This document shows, in pieces, positions 8,344 through 16,254 of a stretch of 64,000 nucleotides of DNA; the stretch's first letter is position 1; every line of letters starts with the position of its first letter. The stretch comes from an uncultured Eubacteriales bacterium (GTDB lineage Bacteria; Bacillota; Clostridia; Christensenellales; Aristaeellaceae). A program made the position numbers and the translations under genes. A model generated the notes under the pieces. The model worked only from the letters and a program-made list of their open reading frames with translations, was not told where the DNA came from and ran no database searches. The stretch covers positions 37,935 to 101,934 of the forward strand of contig CADCJO010000001.1 of assembly GCA_902801765.1 (NCBI GenBank), read 5' to 3'.

Positions 8344-9377
8344 ACGCGCACCTCCTCCCCGCGCAGCCTTTTCAGCACCGGCGGCGGCTCCACCTTCGGC
8401 GCGTCGGGGTGCAAAAGCCAGGTACGGGCAAAGTGCGTGGGCGACACCTCAAACATCGGCGGGCGGCGCTCAAAATCGATTTTCAAAGCGTGTGGATTGC
8501 GTGCGGCGAAGGCGTCGCCGTGGATTTCCTGAAAAAGACTGGGCGGTGTACCCTGAATGGAGAACAGCTTTTCGCCCTTCACGCCCAGCTGCGGCAGAGA
8601 GGACAGCAGCGCCCAGGTGTAAGGATGTCGGGCGTCGTAAAACACTTCCCGGGCCATGCCGATTTCCACAATGTCCCCGGCGTACATCACCGCCACTCGG
8701 TCGGCTACGTTGGCCACCACACCCAGATCGTGGGTAATATAAACAGTGGTCAGAGAATATTTGCGCACCAGATCACGGATGAGATGCAGAATCTGCGCCT
8801 GGATGGTCACGTCCAGGGCGGTGGTAGGCTCGTCGCAGATGAGGATTTTCGGATTGCAGGCCATAGCGATGGCGATGACCACCCGCTGGCGCATCCCGCC
8901 GGAAAACTCGTGAGGATACTGCTTCGCCCGGCGTTCCGGTTCGGTGATGCCCACATCCGTCAGCGTTTCAATCATGCGCTTGTGCGCCGCCGGGCCAGTC
9001 AGGTTTTGATGCAGCTTTAATGCTTCCTCGATCTGCGCGCCGATGGTTTTCAGGGGATTCAAACTGGTCATGGGGTCCTGGAGCACCATGGCGATCTCCC
9101 GGCCACGGATGGTCAGCCACTCCTTTTCCGTTTTGAATTGCGCCAAGTCCCGGCCATTGTAGAGGATGCTGCCGCTGTCGATCCAGCCGTTGGCGTCCAG
9201 CAGACCCATAAATGTTTTTGTCAGCACCGATTTGCCGGAACCGCTCTCCCCCACAATGGCGAGCGTCTCCCCTTTATACAAGTCCAGTGAAACATCCCGG
9301 ATGGCGTGCAGCATCTTGCCCCGCAGGGAGAATTTCACATTCAGATGCTGTACCGACAGGATTGGCTCCTGATCCAT
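8340..9377 (-). CDS. oppD: Oligopeptide ABC transporter ATP-binding protein
   Basis: [22 protein letters not shown]. There is a 4-nt overlap with oppF. Confidence 0.9.
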   Translation of the reverse strand: MDQEPILSVQHLNVKFSLRGKMLHAIRDVSLDLYKGETLAIVGESGSGKSVLTKTFMGLLDANGWIDSGSILYNGRDLAQFKTEKEWLTIRGREIAMVLQDPMTSLNPLKTIGAQIEEALKLHQNLTGPAAHKRMIETLTDVGITEPERRAKQYPHEFSGGMRQRVVIAIAMACNPKILICDEPTTALDVTIQAQILHLIRDLVRKYSLTTVYITHDLGVVANVADRVAVMYAGDIVEIGMAREVFYDARHPYTWALLSSLPQLGVKGEKLFSIQGTPPSLFQEIHGDAFAARNPHALKIDFERRPPMFEVSPTHFARTWLLHPDAPKVEPPPVLKRLRGEEVRV

Positions 9378-9389
9378 GAAAATTCCCCC

Positions 9390-10754
9390 TTACACGTGAT
9401 TCTTGGGATCGGCGGCGTCCGCGAAGGAGTTGCCGATAATGTAGAACGAAATGGTGATGATGGACAGCACGATGGTCGGGAACACCAGCTGATAGCTGGC
9501 CGACGTGGCCAGCAGCTTGCGGCCCACGTTGATCAGGTTGCCAAGAGACGGGATGCTGACCGGCAGGCCCAGGCCGATATAGGTAATGAACACTTCGCTG
9601 CCGATGGCTCCGGGAATAGACAGGGCCATGCGCAGGGTGATGACGGATACCAGGTAGGGCAGCAGATTCCGGAAGATGATGCGGAAGGTGCCTACGCCCA
9701 GACAGCGGGAAGCCAGGTTGTAGTCCCGGTCGCGGATGATGACGATCTGGTTGCGCACGAACCGCGCCATCCCCACCCAACCCGTCACGCTCATGGCGAA
9801 GATCAGCGTGGACACGCCTGGCCGCATGATATAAGAAATCAGAATCAGCACGATGGTGGTGGGGATGTTGTCGATCACATTGTATACTTCGGTCAGAAGC
9901 CGGTCGAGGGCCTTCACATAGCCCCACAGTACGCCGATCAGAATACCGATGATCGCCTGAAAGATAGCCACCATCACGCCGATGGTCAGCGATGTGCGGG
10001 TGCCGCTCCACACCATGGCCCACAGATCCTGCCCCGCGTTGTTGGTGCCGAACAGGAAAGGCCGGGTGTCGGGCAGCAGACGAAGCTCTGCTTTCCCGAC
10101 AGTCAGAGCTGTGCCGTCCTCCTGCATGTTCAGCGAGGACTTTTTCACGAACAGCTCATTGCCCTTGTTGTTGGTCATTTCCTTTGGCGCGGTGAACAGC
10201 TTCACGGCCAGGTTGGATTTGGCCTTGTAGGGCGTGTTTTCAAAATCGTCGGGCAGTTTGAGCTTCGTGGTGAAATCGTTTTTCACGTAGCCGGTGTGGC
10301 CGTCGTATTCCACCTGGCAGTAATCCGCGCCGTATTGCAGCACGGTAAATTCCTTGCGGGAGGGAATGGTCATCAGCAGGTTGCTGACCGCCGCCCATTC
10401 GCCGTTTTCCCAGGGCGTGACGATCAGCAGGGTTCCTTCCTCCGCAGTTTCCACCACGTTGGTCAGAGCCGGCGGGATATTCATCATCTGGATACCGGTG
10501 ACGGGATGATTGATGACCAGGTTGGATTCAAACTGGTTGGGCAGGTAAGGCTGAATGATGGTGAACACCAGCAGCACGGCCAGCACGATCAGCAGGCTCA
10601 TGGCCACCTTGTTTTTCAGGAACGCCCGGAAGGTGCTGCCCCAGTAAGAATAATTGGAATAGCCCGTTTTTTCGGCCGCCTCGCTGTCGTAGGAGGCGAA
10701 TTCCAGCAACGATTTTTCGATCGGCTCGGACAGATGATCCTTAACGCCTTTCAT
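9390..10754 (-). CDS. oppC: Oligopeptide ABC transporter permease with a ~170-aa extracytoplasmic insertion
   Basis: Conserved FGTNNAGQDLWAMVWSGTRTSL motif and a BPD_transp_1 core. It is 454 aa; ~300 aa is typical from memory. Confidence 0.85.
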   Translation of the reverse strand: MKGVKDHLSEPIEKSLLEFASYDSEAAEKTGYSNYSYWGSTFRAFLKNKVAMSLLIVLAVLLVFTIIQPYLPNQFESNLVINHPVTGIQMMNIPPALTNVVETAEEGTLLIVTPWENGEWAAVSNLLMTIPSRKEFTVLQYGADYCQVEYDGHTGYVKNDFTTKLKLPDDFENTPYKAKSNLAVKLFTAPKEMTNNKGNELFVKKSSLNMQEDGTALTVGKAELRLLPDTRPFLFGTNNAGQDLWAMVWSGTRTSLTIGVMVAIFQAIIGILIGVLWGYVKALDRLLTEVYNVIDNIPTTIVLILISYIMRPGVSTLIFAMSVTGWVGMARFVRNQIVIIRDRDYNLASRCLGVGTFRIIFRNLLPYLVSVITLRMALSIPGAIGSEVFITYIGLGLPVSIPSLGNLINVGRKLLATSASYQLVFPTIVLSIITISFYIIGNSFADAADPKNHV

Positions 10755-11713
10755 CAGCGCGCCCCCTCCTTTCGGTTCAGGCTGATGCGCGGGTCGATGA
10801 TCGCCATCAGGATGTCACCCAGAATCATGCCGATGATGCCGATGCAGGAATAAATCATTACCAGCGCCTGCACCATGGGATTATCCTGCTTGCTGATCAC
10901 GTCCACCAGCAAGCCGCCCATGCCGGGAATTGAATAGAGGGACTCGATATAAATGGAGCCGCTGACGGTGTAAAGCAGCGACGTGGGAATGTACTGGATC
11001 ATGGGCACAAAGGCGTTGCGGAATACGTGGCGCATGGTGATTTTCCTGCTGTCCACGCCCTTGGCGCGGGCCAGGCGCACGTAATCCTTATTCATTTCAT
11101 CCAGCATGTAGCGCCTCAGCCACATGGCGTAGTAGGCGATGCTGCCCAGCGACATGGAGAACACCGGCAGAATCCAGGACACCCAATTGCTTTCGTCAAA
11201 CAGCATACTGACATTCAGCGCCAAAGAACCGTAGGACTGTAAATAAATATAATAGACCGCCGCGGGGACGGCATTCACCAGCACGATAAACACCGTGCCG
11301 AATTTATCCCAAAACTTGTTTTTGCTGCGGGCCATAGCCGCGCCCAGCGGGATGCCCAGCAGCATGGAAACTGCCATGGAAAGCAAGCCCATCTGAATGG
11401 AAATGGGAGCCTTGGCGGCGATGATCTGGGTGATGGGCACGCCCCGGCTGTAACGGGCGGAGGTTCCCAGATCGCCATGAAGCAGGTCGATAAAAAAATC
11501 CTTGAGCTGTACCAGGATGGGGTCATTCAGGCCCATCTGATCCAGGGTGGCTTTGATGACGGCTTCATCCAGCTTGTCGATGTTTTCAAAATAGCCGTCG
11601 ATGGGCATCTGGCGCACCATAATAAACACCAGCGTCAGGATGATCACCAGCGTCAGAATGGATTGCCCGATGCGTTTGAGCAGATACTTTGCCAAGGTTT
11701 CAGCTTCCTTCAA
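10754..11713 (-). CDS. oppB: Oligopeptide ABC transporter permease
   Basis: LKRIGQSILTLVIILTLVFIMV... is a typical OppB/DppB N-terminus and core. The ORF-track start is TTG 11713. TTG 11695 (MAKYLLKRIG), behind GAAGGAAG, is an equally plausible start. Confidence 0.85.
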   Translation of the reverse strand: MKEAETLAKYLLKRIGQSILTLVIILTLVFIMVRQMPIDGYFENIDKLDEAVIKATLDQMGLNDPILVQLKDFFIDLLHGDLGTSARYSRGVPITQIIAAKAPISIQMGLLSMAVSMLLGIPLGAAMARSKNKFWDKFGTVFIVLVNAVPAAVYYIYLQSYGSLALNVSMLFDESNWVSWILPVFSMSLGSIAYYAMWLRRYMLDEMNKDYVRLARAKGVDSRKITMRHVFRNAFVPMIQYIPTSLLYTVSGSIYIESLYSIPGMGGLLVDVISKQDNPMVQALVMIYSCIGIIGMILGDILMAIIDPRISLNRKEGAR

Positions 11714-11800
11714 TACTCGTATGCGGCAGGAGGGGGCGGGCCTCTCCTGCCGCAGCGATCATTTATGATTGGATGATATGCTCGTTCCGCTATTAAAGAA

Positions 11801-11905
11801 AGAGAACGAGTGTGCAGAGTTCAAAGTACAGAGTACAGATAATTATGATGATCACAAACGAGCGTATAGAAATTCAAACAAATCAATCTGTACTCTGTAC
11901 ACTTT
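11801..11905. repeat. Heptad-arm hairpin element, copy B (oppA-oppB spacer)
   Basis: Left arm is (CAGAGTT)(CAAAGTA)(CAGAGTA)CAGAT. 11826-11840 pairs perfectly (15 bp) with 11886-11900, with a 45-nt loop. The 24-nt core differs from copy A at 2 positions. Confidence 0.75.
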
Positions 11906-11910
11906 CAGCC

Positions 11911-13761
11911 TTACTCCGCCTTGTCGCGGGCTTCCGTGTAGGCGTCGTATGCGTCGTAGTAAGCGTCGGTGTCCATGTAGCCTTCCAGCTTGTACTGGCC
12001 CTTGTAGCGATCGGTGGAAATGCCGAAGGGTGCCATGGGGCCGGAGAAGGGATCGAGCAGGGACGCGGTATAGCCGCCGGAGCCATGGCCGAAGGGCATC
12101 ACGAACGCGTGCTGAATCAAATAGGCTTCCGCTTTGGCGAAGGCTTCATAGCGGGCGGGAATGTCGTTGGTGATGGCCTTGGCGGCGTCCACCAGCGCAT
12201 AGTATTCTTCCACCAGCGCGTTGCCGGATTTGTCCATAAAGTTGTACTTGTTGCCAGCGGTGAAGGGATCGGTGAAGGTTTCGGGGTCGGCGTAGTCGGG
12301 GCCCCAGTTGCAGTTCATCATGCCGTAAAGGCCGGTGCGGCGGGCGGTCAGGTAGCTGGTGGAGGGACCGGCTTCAATGACCACGTCGATGTAATCCTTG
12401 CCCAGCACGTCTTCCAGCTGCTGCTCCACGATCTGGGCTTCTTGGTCGGAGTTGTTGGCAGAGGCGTTGGGGTTGTACAGCAGCAGCACCTTGACGGGGA
12501 AAGTCGCGCCTGCTTCGGCCAATTCTTTCACGGCCAATTCCTTGAAGGAAAGGGCTGCTTCGACTGCCAGGGTGTCCACACTGGCGGCGGACAGGGCAGC
12601 GAGCTCGCCGATGTTGATGTAGTCCACACCGTCCACTTCGCAGAAGAAAGGCGGGGTAATGGTGTTATACAGCATCTTGTCGGGGTTTTCGGCGTCCAGC
12701 AGGGTCTTGGCCTTGATGCGGTTGAAGGCGTTGACGATGGACAGGCGGAAGTTTTCGTTGTTTACGGCGATCTTCCAGTTGTCCGGCTCATAAATGGCGT
12801 CGAATTGCGGATCAAAGTTGAAGGTGTAGAAATAGCTGTAATAGTCGGTATCGTAGCGGACGGGATGAATCTTCGCCGCCTTTTCCTCGTCGGCCAGCCA
12901 GTCGGCGGTCAGCTCGTTGCTCAGGGACGCGGAATCCACTTCGCCGCGCAGATAGAGTTCGGCGGACACGGTGGAAGCTTCCTTGTTGTACTTGGACACG
13001 ATCTCGTCAATGTGCACGTTCCCGGCATCCCAGTTCTTTTCGTTCTTGCTCAGCACGCGGATCTCCTGGGGCTTGAACTGGCTCAGGTAGTATGCGCCGC
13101 AGTAGAGCAGGGTGTCGTTGCCGGTGGCCAGGCCGAAGTTCTCGCCCTTTTCCAGCAGGAAGGGCTCATACACGGGCATGAAGTTGACGTAGGTCAGCAT
13201 GGACAGGAAGTAGGGCACGGGATGGGTGAGCGTATACTGGAGGGTATAGTCATCCAGGGCTTTAATGCCCACGGTGTCCCATTCCATGACGGGGGCGGGT
13301 TCAGCGCCTTCCTCGGGGGTGGCGGTTCCCTGGTAGTAGGCTTCCGCGCCTTCAATTACGCCGTACAGAATATCGGCGGTGGAGGAAGCGTTCTGGGCGT
13401 TGAGGATGTACTTGGCGGCGGCCACGAAGTCGTTGGCAGTGACGGGAGCCACCACTTCGTTATTGCCGTCCACCCAGCAGGCGTCCTGCCGCAGGGTGAA
13501 GGTCCAGGTCAGGCTGTCCTCGGAGTTTTCCCAGGCGATCGCCAGGGAAGGCTGCATGCGGCCATACATATCGTATTCCACCAGGGTGTCAATCAGGTTG
13601 GCGGCAATAGCGAATTCGTTGGTGGTGGAGGTGATGAGATAATTGAGCGTGGTCACTTCGCTGCTGTACAGCGAGGTATACGTGACCGGGTCTTCCGCAA
13701 CCGCACCGGCCATACCAAGCAGCATCGCCGCGCAAAGCAGCAGGGCAATCAGTTTCTTCAT
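11911..13761 (-). CDS. oppA: Peptide ABC transporter substrate-binding protein (family 5)
   Basis: Signal sequence MKKLIALLLCAAMLLGMAGAVA and a long SBP_bac_5-like body. Start chosen at ATG 13761 behind GGGAGA; the ORF track begins at 13788. Confidence 0.85.
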   Translation of the reverse strand: MKKLIALLLCAAMLLGMAGAVAEDPVTYTSLYSSEVTTLNYLITSTTNEFAIAANLIDTLVEYDMYGRMQPSLAIAWENSEDSLTWTFTLRQDACWVDGNNEVVAPVTANDFVAAAKYILNAQNASSTADILYGVIEGAEAYYQGTATPEEGAEPAPVMEWDTVGIKALDDYTLQYTLTHPVPYFLSMLTYVNFMPVYEPFLLEKGENFGLATGNDTLLYCGAYYLSQFKPQEIRVLSKNEKNWDAGNVHIDEIVSKYNKEASTVSAELYLRGEVDSASLSNELTADWLADEEKAAKIHPVRYDTDYYSYFYTFNFDPQFDAIYEPDNWKIAVNNENFRLSIVNAFNRIKAKTLLDAENPDKMLYNTITPPFFCEVDGVDYINIGELAALSAASVDTLAVEAALSFKELAVKELAEAGATFPVKVLLLYNPNASANNSDQEAQIVEQQLEDVLGKDYIDVVIEAGPSTSYLTARRTGLYGMMNCNWGPDYADPETFTDPFTAGNKYNFMDKSGNALVEEYYALVDAAKAITNDIPARYEAFAKAEAYLIQHAFVMPFGHGSGGYTASLLDPFSGPMAPFGISTDRYKGQYKLEGYMDTDAYYDAYDAYTEARDKAE

Positions 13762-13823
13762 GGTTTCTTCTCCCTTCATTTCCTTCAACTTACGGGATAC
13801 GAGCTACCCGCATCGTTTTGAAT

Positions 13824-13852
13824 ATCATATCATTCATGGCATAAAAATGCAA
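13824..13852 (-). promoter_or_regulatory. Promoter of the opp operon
   Basis: Minus strand: TTGCAT - 17 nt - TATGAT. Confidence 0.45.
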
Positions 13853-13870
13853 TGTAATGTACAAAATATA

Positions 13871-13904
13871 AACAAAATACCGGATTTATGCTGAAATCCG
13901 GTAT
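13871..13904 (-). terminator. Terminator of ribU
   Basis: Minus strand: ATACCGGATTT-cagcat-AAATCCGGTAT followed by TTTTGTT. Confidence 0.7.
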
Positions 13905-13926
13905 GTAAAGCGGAGAAAGCGCTATT

Positions 13927-14526
13927 TTATTTGATTTTCGCGTGCAGGAGGGGCGACAAAGGCTTATAGATCAGCCCGGTCACAATGCTGAGCACCACGC
14001 CCTTGAGCAGGTTGAAAGGCGCGGTAATGAGCAGCAGCAGCTTCCATTCGCTGTCAATGCCGCCCACGTTGGCAAATTTCAGGATACCGTCCATGTCCAT
14101 GTGGTATGCTCCCATGTAGAAGGGCAGCATGATAAACTTGTTCGCCAGCACGCCCACGACCACCATGCACAGCGTGCCCACCGCCATACCGATCAGCGCG
14201 GTTTTCCGGGTCTTGTTGCGGTGATAAATCACCGACGCGGGAATAATCAGCGCGGCGCTCATGAGGAAGTCCGCCAGGTCGCCCACGCCCGCGCTGGTGG
14301 TGCGCAGGAGCGCCAGGGCGCATTTGAGCGCCAGAATGATGATGCCCGGCACCGTGCCCATGGAGAACGCGCCCAGCAGCACGGGAATGTTGCTCAGATC
14401 CAGCTTGTAGAAGGCGACCACGGGAATCTGCACCAGGAACAGGATGAAGGCGATGGCGGTCAGGATGGCCATGCGGGTCAGGTAGGGGGTGGAGAAGATG
14501 TTGGGTTTCTTGGCGTTTGCGGACAT
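13927..14526 (-). CDS. ribU: ECF-transporter S component, riboflavin (RibU-type)
   Basis: Small multi-TM protein of about 200 aa. An FMN riboswitch lies immediately upstream. Confidence 0.8.
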   Translation of the reverse strand: MSANAKKPNIFSTPYLTRMAILTAIAFILFLVQIPVVAFYKLDLSNIPVLLGAFSMGTVPGIIILALKCALALLRTTSAGVGDLADFLMSAALIIPASVIYHRNKTRKTALIGMAVGTLCMVVVGVLANKFIMLPFYMGAYHMDMDGILKFANVGGIDSEWKLLLLITAPFNLLKGVVLSIVTGLIYKPLSPLLHAKIK

Positions 14527-14559
14527 AAAAATACCTCCTTGTTTTCGGCACCGCCCCCT

Positions 14560-14761
14560 TTCAGCATCTTCGCTTGCAGGGAACGGACGCGCCGAAACCG
14601 GGAGGCGCTTTCACTCCGTTTCTTCTCTCATCCAGACTGTACTGTCGGCATCGGAATTTCACCGAATCGGCTGAACGGAATCCATTCAGTTCGCGGGCTG
14701 TCACCGCCGGTAGGGAATTTCACCCGACCCCGAAGAAGCTTAGGTGGCTTGTGCAATTTTC
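14560..14761 (-). promoter_or_regulatory. FMN riboswitch (RFN element)
   Basis: Minus strand: CGGGGTCGGGTGAAATTCCCTACCGGCGGTGACAGCCCGCG ... GGTGAAATTCCGATGCCGACAGTACAGTCTGGATGAGAGAAG. There is no U-tract terminator. GCGCCTCCCGG can mask the AAGGAGG RBS, so control is probably translational. Confidence 0.9.
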
Positions 14762-14767
14762 GGATCA

Positions 14768-14796
14768 ATTATAGCGCATGAAGCCCTGATCGTCAA
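14768..14796 (-). promoter_or_regulatory. Promoter of the FMN riboswitch-ribU unit
   Basis: Minus strand: TTGACG - 17 nt - TATAAT. Confidence 0.55.
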
Positions 14797-14810
14797 TAGA
14801 AAATTTCGTG

Positions 14811-14839
14811 TTGATTTTCTTTGTTTCATCATGTATCAT
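14811..14839 (+). promoter_or_regulatory. Promoter of the M18 aminopeptidase gene
   Basis: TTGATT - 17 nt - TATCAT. Confidence 0.4.
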
Positions 14840-14878
14840 AAGAGCGCCGATCATGATTGATTCAGGGAGGAAACACAA

Positions 14879-16204
14879 ATGCCAAATGAAGTACAGGCGA
14901 ATGACCTTTTGCAGGCGCAGAAACTGATTTCCTTTATTCAAAGCAGCCCCACCAGCTTCCATGCCATCGAAACGGTTGAAAAAGAACTGGCGGGCTACAC
15001 GAAGCTGTCAGAACGGGAAACGTGGCGTTTGCAGCCCGGCGGAAAATACTATGTCACCCGCAACCGCAGCAGCATCATCGCCTTCACGCTGCCGGAAGGC
15101 CCCTGCCGCGCGTTCCAGCTCATCGCCAGCCACTCCGACTCCCCCACCTTCAAGATCAAGGAAAACGCCGAAGTGGTGGTGCGGGACAAATACGTGCAGC
15201 TGGACACCGAGCGCTACGGCGGCATGATCATGTCCAGCTGGTTTGACCGGCCTCTGTCCATTGCCGGGCGGGTGATCGTAAAGGATGAAACAGGCGTGCG
15301 CACCGTGCTGGTGAACCTGAACCGGGATATGACGATCATTCCCAACGTGGCGATTCACATGAACCGGGAGGTCAACAACGGCTACAAGTACAACGCCGCC
15401 GTGGACACCTTCCCCCTCTGGGGCGGTCCGGAAGCGAAAAACACCTTCAAAGCCGAAATCGCCAAAGCGGCAGGCGTGGAAGAAAAGGACGTATTAGGCG
15501 CAGACCTGTTCCTCTATAACCGCGTACTCGGCACCGTATGGGGCGTAAACAGCGAATACCTGTCCGCCCCGCGTCTGGACGACCTGGAATGCGCGTTTGC
15601 CTCCCTGGAAGCGTTTAAAGCAGCCAAGCAGGGCAGTCATGTGAACGTGTGCTGCATTTTCGATAATGAGGAAGTGGGCAGCACCACCAAGCAGGGCGCC
15701 CACTCCACCTTCCTGAGCGACACGCTGAAACGCATCATGCTGAGCCTGGGCGGCACGGAAGAAAGCTATTACGCCGCTTTGGCCAGCAGCTTCATGCTCT
15801 CTGCCGACAACGCCCATGCCATGCACCCCAACCACCCGGAATACTCTGACAGCCAGAACATGACGTTCATGAACCAGGGCATCGTGGTCAAGTTCAACGC
15901 CAACCAGAAGTACACCACCGACGCGGTGAGCGAAGCGGTGTTCCACGCCATCTGCGAAAAAGCTGGCGTACCGGTGCAGCATTACGCCAACCGCTCCGAT
16001 CTGGCAGGCGGCGGTACCCTGGGCAACATCTCCGGTTCCCACGTGTCCATTAACACGCTGGACATCGGGCTGGCGCAGCTGGCCATGCACAGCTGCTATG
16101 AAACCGCCGGGGTCAAGGACGTGGATTATATGATTCGTGGCATGAAAACCTTCTATGAAACGGAAATTGAAAGCACCCAGGACGGTCAGTACAGGCTGGA
16201 CTGA
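14879..16204 (+). CDS. M18 family aminopeptidase
   Basis: SFHAIE..., IASHSDSPTFKIK, ...LAQLAMHS motifs typical of aspartyl/M18 aminopeptidases. Confidence 0.85.
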   Translation: MPNEVQANDLLQAQKLISFIQSSPTSFHAIETVEKELAGYTKLSERETWRLQPGGKYYVTRNRSSIIAFTLPEGPCRAFQLIASHSDSPTFKIKENAEVVVRDKYVQLDTERYGGMIMSSWFDRPLSIAGRVIVKDETGVRTVLVNLNRDMTIIPNVAIHMNREVNNGYKYNAAVDTFPLWGGPEAKNTFKAEIAKAAGVEEKDVLGADLFLYNRVLGTVWGVNSEYLSAPRLDDLECAFASLEAFKAAKQGSHVNVCCIFDNEEVGSTTKQGAHSTFLSDTLKRIMLSLGGTEESYYAALASSFMLSADNAHAMHPNHPEYSDSQNMTFMNQGIVVKFNANQKYTTDAVSEAVFHAICEKAGVPVQHYANRSDLAGGGTLGNISGSHVSINTLDIGLAQLAMHSCYETAGVKDVDYMIRGMKTFYETEIESTQDGQYRLD

Positions 16205-16216
16205 TCATCAGACATG

Positions 16217-16254
16217 AAAAAAGGCGGGGCTGAAACATGCCTCGCCTTTCTTTT
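16217..16254. terminator. Bidirectional terminator between convergent genes
   Basis: AAAAAAGGCGGGGC-tgaaacat-GCCTCGCCTTTCTTTT. Confidence 0.6.

Noticed and set aside
11812-13821. 669-aa plus-strand ORF opposite oppA, with similar long antisense ORFs at 16214-17866, 21574-23481, 24478-25920, 9306-10853 and 4625-5767
   Set aside because: All lie opposite well-supported genes, lack recognisable domains and have shadow-ORF composition.
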